DNA of 64,000 nucleotides from an uncultured Pelagibacteraceae bacterium (lineage in GTDB: Bacteria; Pseudomonadota; Alphaproteobacteria; Pelagibacterales; Pelagibacteraceae): contig CACPLG010000006.1 in the NCBI GenBank assembly GCA_902634775.1, forward strand, positions 6-64,005. The letters are read 5' to 3'. The first letter of the stretch is position 1, and each line of letters opens with the position of its first letter. The notes beneath the pieces were generated by a model that was given only the letters and a program-made list of their open reading frames with translations, did no database searches and was not told where the DNA came from. Position numbers and translations under genes: made by a program. Below are positions 43,663 to 54,310 of this stretch, piece by piece.

Positions 43663-44822
43663 TGAATATTCACGAACACCAGGCTAAACAATTATTAAAA
43701 AAATTTGGCGCCATTGTTCCTAATGGAGAAGCTTGTTTTACAGTACAAGAGGTTTTAGAAAAAGCAAAAAAACTCAATCTTAAAAAATATGTTTTAAAGG
43801 CACAAATACATGCAGGCGGGAGAGGTAAGGCAGGTGGAGTTAAAATATTGGATAATTTATCTGATCTAGAAAAAGCTGCAAGAGATTTGTTAGGAAAAAA
43901 ATTAATTACACATCAGACAGGACCAAGTGGCAAAGAAGTTAAAAGACTTTACCTAGAGGAGCCATCCAACATAAAAAAAGAATTCTATTTATCCTGTCTT
44001 ATTGATAGGGCAAGTTCTAAAATTGCTTTTATTTCTAGCGATCAGGGTGGAATGGACATCGAAGAAGTTGCAAAAAGTGATCCTAATAAAATCAATACTG
44101 TAAAAATTAGTTTTAAAAAGGATATTGAAGATGAGGATTGTAAAAAAATTATTCGTAATTTCAATCTAGATGATGATGCCAATCTAAAATGTATCAAGAT
44201 TATTAAATCAATTTACAAAACATTTGTTTCTACCGATGCAAGCTTAATTGAAATCAATCCACTAATACTTACAAAGGAAAATAATATTATGTGTCTGGAT
44301 GCAAAAATAAGCTTTGATGACAATGCAATTTTCAAGCATCCAGAATTACTAGAATTAAGAGATTTGAATGAAGAAGATCCTATAGAAATAGAGGCAAGCA
44401 AACACGATTTAGCTTACATAAAATTAGATGGATCTATTGGATGTATGGTAAACGGAGCAGGATTAGCAATGGCAACAATGGATATAATTAAACTGCATGG
44501 TCAAGAACCAGCAAATTTTTTAGATGTAGGAGGCGGTGCATCTAAAGAAAAAGTTGCAGCTGCGTTTAAGATAATTTTATCAGATAAAAATGTAAAAGGA
44601 ATACTGATAAACATTTTTGGAGGGATTATGAGGTGTGATGTCCTTGCCCAAGGAATTGTAGAGGCTGCAAAAGAAACCAAAATAAATATACCTCTTGTAG
44701 TAAGACTTGCCGGAACCAATTCAAAAGAAGGAAAAAAAATATTAGATGAATCTGGATTAAAAATAATCTCTGCTAGCGATCTAGGGGACGCAGCAAAAAA
44801 AATTGTGAAACAAGTGGAATAA
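43662..44822 (+). CDS. sucC: Succinyl-CoA synthetase beta subunit
   Basis: [34 protein letters not shown]. Confidence 0.98.
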
Positions 44823-44823
44823 A

Positions 44824-45699
44824 ATGTCAGTTTTAATAAATAAAAATACTAAACTTATATGCCAAGGGTTCACTGGCGCCCATGGAACATTTCATTCTGA
44901 ACAGTCAATAAAATATGGGACAAATCTAGTTGGAGGCGTAACTCCAGGTAAAGGAGGACAAACACACTTAAATAAACCTGTTTTTAATTCAGTAAAAGAA
45001 GCAAAAGATAAGACTAATGCAAATGCAACGATGATCTATGTCCCTGCAAAATTTGCTGCTGCAGCAATAATCGAGGCAATTGAGGCTAAGATCGAATTGA
45101 TAGTTTGTATAACTGAAGGGATTCCAATCTTGGATATGTTAAAAGTAAAAGAAAAATTATCAAACTCAGCTTCCAGACTAATTGGACCAAATTGTCCAGG
45201 AATTATCACTCCAGAAGAATGTAAAATTGGTATTATGCCAGGAAATATTCATAAGAAGGGGTCCGTTGGTATAGTCTCAAGATCAGGAACTCTAACTTAT
45301 GAGGCTGTTGCACAAACAACTGAAAACGGATTAGGTCAGTCAACATGTATCGGAATAGGAGGAGATCCAATTAACGGTACCAATTTTATAGATTGTTTAG
45401 ACTTGTTTTTAAACGATCCAGAAACTGAGTCTATTTTGATGATTGGTGAAATTGGAGGAACTGCAGAGGAAGAAGCAGCAGAATTTATTAAAAATCATAA
45501 AATCAAAAAGCCTATGGTAGGATTTATTGCTGGTATCACAGCACCTCCTGGACGAAGAATGGGACATGCAGGGGCAATAATTTCTGGTGGCAAAGGAGGA
45601 GCTTCAGATAAAATTGATACAATGACAGATGCGGGTATTACCATTGCAAAATCTCCAGCAGAAATGGGAATTACATTAAAAAATAAATTGGGTCTTTAA
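44824..45699 (+). CDS. sucD: Succinyl-CoA synthetase alpha subunit
   Basis: [22 protein letters not shown]. Confidence 0.98.
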   Translation: MSVLINKNTKLICQGFTGAHGTFHSEQSIKYGTNLVGGVTPGKGGQTHLNKPVFNSVKEAKDKTNANATMIYVPAKFAAAAIIEAIEAKIELIVCITEGIPILDMLKVKEKLSNSASRLIGPNCPGIITPEECKIGIMPGNIHKKGSVGIVSRSGTLTYEAVAQTTENGLGQSTCIGIGGDPINGTNFIDCLDLFLNDPETESILMIGEIGGTAEEEAAEFIKNHKIKKPMVGFIAGITAPPGRRMGHAGAIISGGKGGASDKIDTMTDAGITIAKSPAEMGITLKNKLGL

Positions 45700-45730
45700 T
45701 ATTTTAATGTTAATACTATAATGATCATAA

Positions 45731-48589
45731 ATGAGCTCTTCAAAAAATTTAGAATTTAAGCAGCAGTCTTTTCTTAATAAATCTAACAGTCAGTTCATAG
45801 AAGAAATGTATGTAAGATTTATTGAGAATGACCCGAAATTACCAGATAGTTGGAAAAAATACTTTAGTGATTTAAATGAAGATCTAAATTCAGTTTCAAA
45901 AGAAATATTAGGCCCTTCATGGAGTCCAAAAAAGATATCGATAGATCCAAAAAAAAATAAAAAACTTGCGGAAAATCTAAATGGTTCTGAGAGGGAGAAA
46001 ATAGACTCTATTAAAGCAATCGCATTGATAAGGGCATATAGAATCAGAGGTCACCTTATAGCAAACCTTGATCCTCTCGGTTTAATGAAAAGAGAATATC
46101 TTTATGAATTACATCCAAATGACTATGGTTTCAAAACTGAGGACTTTGACAGAAAAATCTATCTTAATTCTTATATGGATGTGGGTTATGCCTCAATAAA
46201 TGAAATTATCACAAAATTAAGAAAAGTGTATTGCTCATCAATAGGTGCTGAATACATGCATATAACAAATCCGACGGAGAAAGTTTGGTTTAGAGAAAGA
46301 ATGGAAAAAGAGGAGAACCAAATAAATTTTACTGAAAAAGGAAAAGACGCAATATTAAATAAGATTATTCAAGCTGAAGGTTTTGAAAAATTTTTAGCAA
46401 AAAAATATGTTGGTACAAAAAGATTTGGTCTTGATGGTGCAGAGTCTTTAATTCCAGCATTAGAACAAATTATTAAACGTGGAGGCCAGTTAGGAGTAAA
46501 AGAAATTAAAATTGGAATGTCGCATAGAGGAAGATTAAATGTTTTAGCAAATGTTCTTCAAAAGTCTTATAAAAGAATTTTTAACGAATTTGCTGGTGAA
46601 TTTGCTTCCTCAAGTGAGGACTCTACAGGTGATGTAAAATATCATTTAGGTGCCTCATCAGATAGAACTTTTGATGGAAACTCTGTACATGTTAGTCTTA
46701 CGGATAACCCTTCTCATTTGGAAGCAGTAAACCCTGTAGTTCTTGGTCAAACTAGAGCAAAACAATATTTTCATAAAGATACAGAAAGAAAAAAAGTAAT
46801 ACCTTTACTTATTCACGGTGATGCAGCATTTGCAGGGCAAGGAGTTGTAGCTGAATGTTTTGCGATGTCAGGTTTAAAGGGTCATAACACAGGTGGAACA
46901 ATTCATATAATTGTAAATAACCAAATTGGTTTTACCACTAGCCCAAGGTTTGCCAGATCAAGCCCGTACCCATCTGATTTAGGAAAAATTGTAGAGGCTC
47001 CCATTCTTCATTGTAATGGAGATGATCCAGAGGCAGTTGTTCATTGTGCTAAAATCGCAATTGAGTTCAGACAAAAATTTAACAAAGATGTTGTGATTGA
47101 CATGATTTGCTACAGAAGATTTGGTCACAATGAAGGAGATGAGCCATCTTTTACTCAGCCTTTAATGTACAAAAAAATAAGATCACATCCATCAACTTTA
47201 AATATATATGGGAAAAAACTTATTAATAATAACAGTATAACTGAAGATCAATTCAAAAATAAAGTAAACGACTTTAAAAAACTTTTGGATGATCAATTTA
47301 AAACTGCAAATGATTATAAACCAAAACTGAATTGGTTTGAGGGTACCTGGTCAAGATATCAACCAAAGAAAGGTAAGGATAAAAGAGGACAGACAGGAGT
47401 TGATACAACGAAATTAAAGAAACTTTCTACAAAAATAAACTTTTTAAAACCAGAGTTTAATATTCATAAAACTATACAAAAAGTTTTTGAAAATAGAGAT
47501 AAGTGTGTACAAGATGAAAAAAATATTGATTGGGCTAATGCAGAAACACTAGCATTTGCAACATTACTCGAAGAGGGATTTCCTGTGAGATTAGTTGGTC
47601 AAGATAGTGGTCGTGGTACATTTAGTCAAAGACACTCGGTTTTACGAAATCAAATAGATAACTCAAGATACGTGCCGTTAGATCATGTATCTACAAAACA
47701 GAAAAAATTTGAAATTGTAGATAGTTTTTTATCTGAACTAGCAGTACTTGGATTTGAGTATGGATACAGCTTAGTAGAACCAGAAACCTTAACGATCTGG
47801 GAGGCACAATTTGGAGATTTTGCAAACGGGGCTCAAGTTGTGATTGACCAATTTATTGCCTCCGGTGAAAGGAAATGGTTTAGAGCTTCGGGACTAGTTT
47901 TATTGCTTCCCCACGGTTATGAGGGACAAGGACCTGAGCACTCTTCAGCAAGACTTGAAAGATTTTTGCAACTTTGTGCTCAAGAAAACTTGCAAGTACT
48001 TAATTGCACAACTCCAGCAAATTATTTTCATGCTCTTAGAAGACAGATTCACAGAGAATTCAGAAAGCCACTTGTCATAATGACTCCAAAATCTTTGTTG
48101 AGAAACAAATACTGTGTTTCAAACATAGAGGACTTTGATAAAAATAATTCATTTCATAGAGTACTGGAGGATCAAGCCTTAAATAAAAAGAACAAATTAA
48201 TTGAATTAAAAAAACCAAAAAAGATAAGAAAAGTTATTCTTTGTTCTGGAAAAATATATTTTGATCTTTTGGTTGCGAGAGAAAAAGAGAAAATTGACGA
48301 TGTTGTTTTTATAAGAATAGAACAACTTTATCCATTCCCAGTAAGGTCTTTGACAAAAGCTATTAAACCATATGCTGAATACGCTAAATTTATTTGGTGC
48401 CAAGAAGAACCTAAAAATATGGGTGCTTGGTTTTCAGTAAGAGATTATATTCAATGGACTTTAGATAATTTAGAGGTTAAAAAGAAATTAAAGTTTATTG
48501 GCAGAAATCCTTCAGCTTCACCAGCTACTGGATATGCGAAAAGACATGCAAAACAACAAAAAGAAATTATAGATAAAATTTTAGAATAA
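45731..48589 (+). CDS. sucA: 2-oxoglutarate dehydrogenase E1
   Basis: [37 protein letters not shown]. Confidence 0.98.
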   Translation: MSSSKNLEFKQQSFLNKSNSQFIEEMYVRFIENDPKLPDSWKKYFSDLNEDLNSVSKEILGPSWSPKKISIDPKKNKKLAENLNGSEREKIDSIKAIALIRAYRIRGHLIANLDPLGLMKREYLYELHPNDYGFKTEDFDRKIYLNSYMDVGYASINEIITKLRKVYCSSIGAEYMHITNPTEKVWFRERMEKEENQINFTEKGKDAILNKIIQAEGFEKFLAKKYVGTKRFGLDGAESLIPALEQIIKRGGQLGVKEIKIGMSHRGRLNVLANVLQKSYKRIFNEFAGEFASSSEDSTGDVKYHLGASSDRTFDGNSVHVSLTDNPSHLEAVNPVVLGQTRAKQYFHKDTERKKVIPLLIHGDAAFAGQGVVAECFAMSGLKGHNTGGTIHIIVNNQIGFTTSPRFARSSPYPSDLGKIVEAPILHCNGDDPEAVVHCAKIAIEFRQKFNKDVVIDMICYRRFGHNEGDEPSFTQPLMYKKIRSHPSTLNIYGKKLINNNSITEDQFKNKVNDFKKLLDDQFKTANDYKPKLNWFEGTWSRYQPKKGKDKRGQTGVDTTKLKKLSTKINFLKPEFNIHKTIQKVFENRDKCVQDEKNIDWANAETLAFATLLEEGFPVRLVGQDSGRGTFSQRHSVLRNQIDNSRYVPLDHVSTKQKKFEIVDSFLSELAVLGFEYGYSLVEPETLTIWEAQFGDFANGAQVVIDQFIASGERKWFRASGLVLLLPHGYEGQGPEHSSARLERFLQLCAQENLQVLNCTTPANYFHALRRQIHREFRKPLVIMTPKSLLRNKYCVSNIEDFDKNNSFHRVLEDQALNKKNKLIELKKPKKIRKVILCSGKIYFDLLVAREKEKIDDVVFIRIEQLYPFPVRSLTKAIKPYAEYAKFIWCQEEPKNMGAWFSVRDYIQWTLDNLEVKKKLKFIGRNPSASPATGYAKRHAKQQKEIIDKILE

Positions 48590-49914
48590 TGTCAGACAAA
48601 ATTGTAGTTCCAGTTTTAGGAGAAAGTATAACAGAAGCTACTGTAGCTAAATGGTTAAAAAATAAAGGTGATAGTGTCGAGGCCGATGAACCTGTTGTTG
48701 AACTTGAAACTGATAAAGTAAATCTAGAGGTTCCATCCCCCTCAGATGGAGTACTAAGTGAAATAAATGCTCAAAATGGCTCAACGGTTGAGGTAGGAGC
48801 CGTTCTTGGATCAATAATCGGAGGAAGCTCAAAAAAAAAACATGAAGCTGAGAATGAACCTAAAGAAGAGAAAGTAGTACAAAACGAAGATAATATTATT
48901 AGTTTAAAAAAAGAAGTTGAAACAAAAGAAGTTGAAACAAAACTGTTCGATAAGGAAGAAAAAATTTCAGAGCCTAATGAAAATACAAGTAGGGAAGAAC
49001 CATTAATACTTACAGAAGAAGTATCTGCAAAAAAAGAGAAATCTGAAAAAACAAAGGATTTATCCATTTCTCCTGCCGTGAGAAAGATTGCTGCAGATAA
49101 TAAAATTGACTTAAAAAAAATTCAAGGAACTGGCAGAGGTGGAAGAGTTTCAAAAGGTGATCTATTAAGTTTAATGAACATTAAACCTGGACCTTCTGAG
49201 CGGAAAATAAAGTTTGGCCAAGAAGAAAAAATAAAAATGACAAGGTTAAGACTAACAATTGCTAAAAGACTCAAACAAGCCCAAGATAACGCAGCAATGC
49301 TTACAACTTTTAATGAAGTTGATATGAGCGGTATAATTGAGATGAGAAAAGAAAATCAAAGTGATTTTCAAAATAGGTTTGGCATAAAACTTGGTTTTAT
49401 GTCATTTTTTGTAAAAGCTTGTATTGAAAGTTTAAAACTTTTTCCAGCAATTAACGCTGAAATTGAGGGAGAAAATATAATTTATAAGAATTATTACAAT
49501 ATAAGTTTTGCAGTCGGGACTGAAAAAGGTCTTGTAGTTCCAGTCCTAAAAAACGCTGATGAAATGTCTTTTGCAGACATTGAAAAAAAAATAAAAGAAT
49601 TATCTGACAAAGCAAGAGATGGAAAGATTACAATTGACGATCTTCAAGGTGGAACATTTACTATCAGCAACGGCGGTGTCTATGGGTCAATGTTATCAAC
49701 ACCTATTTTAAATTTACCTCAATCCGGAGTTTTAGGAATGCATAATATTGTAGAAAGGCCGCATGTGGTAAATGGTGAAATTAAAATAAGACCAATAATG
49801 TATATAGCTTTATCATATGATCATAGAATAATTGATGGTAAAGAAGCGGTTTCTTTTTTAAAAAATACAAAAGATAACTTAGAAGATCCAAGAAGATTGT
49901 TTTTAAATTTATAG
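48589..49914 (+). CDS. sucB: Dihydrolipoamide succinyltransferase E2
   Basis: Lipoyl ETDKV, E3-binding [15 protein letters not shown]. Confidence 0.97.
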   Translation: MSDKIVVPVLGESITEATVAKWLKNKGDSVEADEPVVELETDKVNLEVPSPSDGVLSEINAQNGSTVEVGAVLGSIIGGSSKKKHEAENEPKEEKVVQNEDNIISLKKEVETKEVETKLFDKEEKISEPNENTSREEPLILTEEVSAKKEKSEKTKDLSISPAVRKIAADNKIDLKKIQGTGRGGRVSKGDLLSLMNIKPGPSERKIKFGQEEKIKMTRLRLTIAKRLKQAQDNAAMLTTFNEVDMSGIIEMRKENQSDFQNRFGIKLGFMSFFVKACIESLKLFPAINAEIEGENIIYKNYYNISFAVGTEKGLVVPVLKNADEMSFADIEKKIKELSDKARDGKITIDDLQGGTFTISNGGVYGSMLSTPILNLPQSGVLGMHNIVERPHVVNGEIKIRPIMYIALSYDHRIIDGKEAVSFLKNTKDNLEDPRRLFLNL

Positions 49915-49917
49915 TTT

Positions 49918-51318
49918 ATGATAGAAAAATTTGACTCGGTTGTAATTGGTGGTGGACCAGGTGGATATGTTTGCGCTATAAGATTAGCTCAATTAGGTCA
50001 AAAAACTGCTTGTATAGAAGCCAGAGGTGCCTTGGGTGGAACCTGCTTAAACATTGGATGTATTCCCTCAAAAAGCTTATTAAATTTATCTGAAAATTTT
50101 AAAAAAGCTAAAAACTTCTCTAAACTTGGAATTGAGACAGGAGATGTAAAACTCAATTTAGATAAGATGATGAAAAATAAGGATAAAGCAGTTTCAATCT
50201 TGACCAAGGGTGTTGAATTTCTTTTCAAAAAAAACAAGGTAACTTACTTAAAAGGTTTTGGTAGTTTTATTTCTGAGAAGAAAATATTAGTAAAAAACGA
50301 AGATGGTAAAAAAAGAGAAATTGAGGCAAAAAACATTATTATTGCAACTGGATCTGAGGCAATGCCTATGCCCAACGTAGAATTTGATGAAAAAACAATC
50401 GTCTCTTCGACAGGCGCCCTATCTTTAAAAGAAGTTCCAAAAAGTCTAGTTGTCGTTGGCGGGGGTTACATAGGTTTAGAAATGGGCTCTGTCTGGTCTA
50501 GACTAGGGGCTGAAGTCAATGTAATTGAATTTTTAGATCACATCACTCCTGGGATGGATAGAGAAATTTCTGAAGAGTTTATGAAAATATTGAAAAAACA
50601 AAATATAAAATTTCACTTAAATAGGAAAGTAACTAGCATTAAAAAAACTAAAAATGGGGTACATATTTCAACGTCAGATAAGAATGGAGATAGTAAAGAT
50701 TTTAATTGTGACGTAGCTCTAATATCAATTGGAAGAAAACCGTTTACATCCAATTTAAATTTGAGTTCTGCAGGAGTAAAATCTGATGAAAAAGGAAGGA
50801 TTAAAATTGACAAAAAATTTCAAACTTCAGCAAAAAATATTTACGCCATTGGAGATGTAATTGACGGGCCAATGTTAGCCCACAAAGCAGAGGAGGAAGG
50901 GATTGCAGTTGCAGAAATAATTGCAGGTCAATCTGGTCATGTAAACTACGATTTAATTCCTGGGGTAATATACACAACTCCTGAGGTAGCAAGTATAGGT
51001 TTGACAGAAGAACAACTAAAAGAAAAAAACAAGTCTTATAAAATTGGAAAGTTTCCTTTTATGGCTAACTCAAGAGCTAAAGCGATTGATGAGCCTGAAG
51101 GTTTCGTCAAAATTTTAGCAGATAAAGACACTGATAAAGTTTTAGGAGTACATATGATAGGGCCTCACGTAGGAGAAATGATTGCAGAAATGGCAGTTGC
51201 AATGGAGTTTGGAGCGAGCTCTGAGGATATCGCACGAACGTGTCATGCTCATCCAACATTTTCTGAGGCAATAAAAGAGGCAGCTTTATCCGTTGAAAAA
51301 AGACAAATACACTCTTAA
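49918..51318 (+). CDS. lpdA: Dihydrolipoamide dehydrogenase E3
   Basis: GGGPGGY, GGTCLNIGCIPSK, HAHPTFSE. Confidence 0.98.
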   Translation: MIEKFDSVVIGGGPGGYVCAIRLAQLGQKTACIEARGALGGTCLNIGCIPSKSLLNLSENFKKAKNFSKLGIETGDVKLNLDKMMKNKDKAVSILTKGVEFLFKKNKVTYLKGFGSFISEKKILVKNEDGKKREIEAKNIIIATGSEAMPMPNVEFDEKTIVSSTGALSLKEVPKSLVVVGGGYIGLEMGSVWSRLGAEVNVIEFLDHITPGMDREISEEFMKILKKQNIKFHLNRKVTSIKKTKNGVHISTSDKNGDSKDFNCDVALISIGRKPFTSNLNLSSAGVKSDEKGRIKIDKKFQTSAKNIYAIGDVIDGPMLAHKAEEEGIAVAEIIAGQSGHVNYDLIPGVIYTTPEVASIGLTEEQLKEKNKSYKIGKFPFMANSRAKAIDEPEGFVKILADKDTDKVLGVHMIGPHVGEMIAEMAVAMEFGASSEDIARTCHAHPTFSEAIKEAALSVEKRQIHS

Positions 51319-51385
51319 AATCTCAAATAACCTTATGTCAAAACGCGCCCTTATTAATTTAAAATAAAACCATAAGATACCTTTA

Positions 51386-52384
51386 ATGACAAAATCTAAT
51401 AATAATTTTAACTCTAAAATATCTGATGCTACCGATATCAGCAAACCATGGGATAAAGACAATCAAGCCTGGTGGGACTGGTATGTTAGCTTAGCAGATA
51501 ATGATGTTAAAAAAGGTGAAATTATTAATGCTGATCCCTTACCAGATATTTCAATACCAACTGATGATGAGGTTATTTCGGAGTTAACTAAACCCTACCA
51601 TTTGACCGATGATCAAATTAATTTTTTTAAAAAAAATGGTTTCATAAAACTTAAGAATGTTTTCTCTCCCGGGTCAGTGTTAAAACTACGAGCTGAATTA
51701 ATTAATTTATTAAAAGAAGAGTTTAAAGTTGATCCAGATAAAGGGGCACATAAACGATTCCTCAGTCTTGAAATGATTTGGCCTGATAATAAATTGCTTC
51801 GCGCCTACGTATTATCACCTCGTCTAGGACAAATTTCAGCAAATCTTCTCGAAGTATCAGCTGTTAGACTTTACCATGACAATGTGCTAGCCAAACAAGC
51901 TGGTTGTGGTCGTACTCCTTGGCACTTTGACGATCATCATTTTCCTCTCGACACTAATGACGTAGTCACCGCTTGGGTGCCTGCACAACCAACTCCACTT
52001 GAAATGGGACCACTCTCTTTTGCCTATCCACTCAATGTCCACAAATTAGTCAATGCTGTTACCTTTGAAAAGACTGGCACTGGATACGACCGAGGGGTAT
52101 CAGATGTATTTTCAAAAAATAATGTAAGCGTAAATGAAACTCCTTTTGAGCTAGGCGAAGTTAGCTTTCATCATAATTTAAATTTTCATACCGCTTCACG
52201 TAACCGTACTAATCGTAGCCGAGTAGCTCTTGCCAATACTTATTACCGGGATGGAGCAAGAGTAGTTAATAGTCCCACGATGGTCTCTGGTGACTGGCAG
52301 AAATTTATGCCCAATGTCAAACCAGGGGATGTAGCAGCTAGTCCACTAAACCCAATTTGTTGGCCAGTTAAAAATAAATCATGA
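51386..52384 (+). CDS. PhyH (phytanoyl-CoA dioxygenase) family Fe(II)/2-oxoglutarate dioxygenase
   Basis: F.KNGFIKL..VF, TPWHFD (HxD), TAWVP, GEVSFH..LNFH.A..N.T...R (distal His and 2OG-binding Arg). Confidence 0.85.
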   Translation: MTKSNNNFNSKISDATDISKPWDKDNQAWWDWYVSLADNDVKKGEIINADPLPDISIPTDDEVISELTKPYHLTDDQINFFKKNGFIKLKNVFSPGSVLKLRAELINLLKEEFKVDPDKGAHKRFLSLEMIWPDNKLLRAYVLSPRLGQISANLLEVSAVRLYHDNVLAKQAGCGRTPWHFDDHHFPLDTNDVVTAWVPAQPTPLEMGPLSFAYPLNVHKLVNAVTFEKTGTGYDRGVSDVFSKNNVSVNETPFELGEVSFHHNLNFHTASRNRTNRSRVALANTYYRDGARVVNSPTMVSGDWQKFMPNVKPGDVAASPLNPICWPVKNKS

Positions 52385-53301
52385 AAGATACAAACAACCA
52401 GAAGGGACTAAATTCGACCTGGACAGACAGTCTTTCTCAAAATCTACATCCCGATAGTAATGCTTTAGTTGATCATTTAAGAACTATACATCAAGAACAT
52501 ACAGGATTTACTGAAGTGTGCGCAAGTTTTTGTCGTGATGAAACTGGACGTAATAGTTATGAATGGCTGGCTGAACTTGTACCTAATAATGAAAGTTTAC
52601 GAGTATTAGATCTTGCCTGTGGGTCAGGGCCATTATTAAAAATCTTATTTGATCGTAATAAAAATTTAAATTTAAAAGGTGTAGACATGTGTCCTGAAGA
52701 ACTAGCATTAGCCAAGACTCGCCTTATAGACAGCAGCGTCAATCTTATTGAGTCAAAAGCACAAAAATTGACAACAATAGATAATAATTCTATCGATATT
52801 GTCTTGTGTCATTGGGCTTTAACATTGATGGACCCGATATTACCAGTGTTAAACGAAATCAGACGAGTTTTAACTTCAGAAGGTCGGTTTGTAGCGCTAG
52901 TTGATGGGCCAATGAGTTCAGCACCTAATTATAAGGAGGTACACGATTTAATTTATAGTTATGTACAAAAAGAAATACCTAATTATGGAGAGATTGACTT
53001 AGGTGATCCAAGAATACGAGGATCAAAAAGCCTAAGTAATCTTATACATAAAGCTTTCCCAGAAGCAAAAGTAACTATCGAAACAAATGTTGTATCTATG
53101 GAGGGACCTGCTATTCAAGTGGCTGAAATTGCAGCAGGATTTTTCTATGCTGCATTTGTCCTAAAGCCGGAGAACAAAAAATTAATGATCACAAGTTTAT
53201 CTGAACTTTTAGCAATATCTAAACAAAGTACTGACTCTCAAAGACAAGGGCGATTTTCAATGCCAATTAACCGTCTTTTAGTTACCCCTAGCATAAAATG
53301 A
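52381..53301 (+). CDS. Class I SAM-dependent methyltransferase
   Basis: Motif I VLDLACGSG, GVDM, DIVLC, EIRRVL...GRF. Confidence 0.88.
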   Translation: MKDTNNQKGLNSTWTDSLSQNLHPDSNALVDHLRTIHQEHTGFTEVCASFCRDETGRNSYEWLAELVPNNESLRVLDLACGSGPLLKILFDRNKNLNLKGVDMCPEELALAKTRLIDSSVNLIESKAQKLTTIDNNSIDIVLCHWALTLMDPILPVLNEIRRVLTSEGRFVALVDGPMSSAPNYKEVHDLIYSYVQKEIPNYGEIDLGDPRIRGSKSLSNLIHKAFPEAKVTIETNVVSMEGPAIQVAEIAAGFFYAAFVLKPENKKLMITSLSELLAISKQSTDSQRQGRFSMPINRLLVTPSIK

Positions 53302-54221
53302 AATCATTTTTACAAGAAGTTAGTTTTGGTTTAAGCAAGAAAAATAAAAAGCTGAGTTCTAAATGGTTTTATGACTTTAAAGGATCAAAACTTTTTGAAC
53401 AAATTACTAAATTGAAAGAATATTACCCAGCACGAACAGAAAGAAAAATTTTGAAAGATAATAAAATTGAAATTGCTAATAAAATAGGCAAGGGTGCAGT
53501 TTTAATTGAACCAGGTGCTGGAGATATAAAAAAAATAGAAATTTTTTTAAGTAGCCTAGATAAGCCAAAAAAATATATACCCCTAGATATTTCTGAAGAT
53601 TATATAATAAAAATATCTCAAAGTTTTAAAAAGAAATTCCCAAAAGTAGCTATTACTCCAAAAGGATATGATTTTTCAGGAAGTGATAAATTACCTTTTA
53701 AAATTAATTCATCTGAAAATATAATTATTTTTTTTCCAGGTTCAACTATAGGTAACTTTGAGAAAAAGGATGCTGTAAAATTTTTAAAAATGCTCAAAAC
53801 GAAATTTAAAGCCAAAAAAATTATCATTGGTGCTGACTTAATTAAAGATATTCCAACTCTTATTTCTGCTTACAATGACAAAAAAGGTGTAACTGCAAAA
53901 TTTAATAAAAATATTTTACAAAGAATGAATACCGAATTAGGTACTAATATAAACTTAAATTTCTATCAACATTTAGCAATTTATAATAAATCAAAAAAAA
54001 GAATTGAGATGAGACTAAAAGCAAAAAAAAATAATAATATCAGAATAAATGGCTCGAAATATTCAATTAAAAAAAATGAAGAGATTCACACTGAGAATTC
54101 TCACAAATACACGATTAAATCTTTCAGAAATTTAGCAAATGAAGCCGGATGGAAAGTTAAGAAAACTTGGGTTGATGATAAAAAACTTTTTAGTGTGCAT
54201 TTTCTTGATCTTGGTCTTTAG
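53298..54221 (+). CDS. egtD: L-histidine N-alpha-methyltransferase (Methyltransf_33)
   Basis: KWFYD..GS.LFEQIT...EYY, IEPGAG, FPGSTIGNF, AYND..GVTA.FN.N, RIEM, IHTENSHKY. Confidence 0.9.
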   Translation: MKSFLQEVSFGLSKKNKKLSSKWFYDFKGSKLFEQITKLKEYYPARTERKILKDNKIEIANKIGKGAVLIEPGAGDIKKIEIFLSSLDKPKKYIPLDISEDYIIKISQSFKKKFPKVAITPKGYDFSGSDKLPFKINSSENIIIFFPGSTIGNFEKKDAVKFLKMLKTKFKAKKIIIGADLIKDIPTLISAYNDKKGVTAKFNKNILQRMNTELGTNINLNFYQHLAIYNKSKKRIEMRLKAKKNNNIRINGSKYSIKKNEEIHTENSHKYTIKSFRNLANEAGWKVKKTWVDDKKLFSVHFLDLGL

Positions 54222-54310
54222 GTCTAGATATTACTTTACATTTATTGTATATCAACAGAAATAGAGTTGTAAATAAATTACCAATACACTTTTAAATTTT
54301 TCATAATGAA

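Noticed and set aside
52381-53301. Arsenite methyltransferase ArsM
   Set aside because: Cys-rich, but lacks the ArsM GCG and SNCV motifs, and no ars genes are nearby.
51319-54310. Mobile element or prophage explanation for the cassette
   Set aside because: No integrase, transposase, tRNA target or flanking direct repeats are visible by eye.
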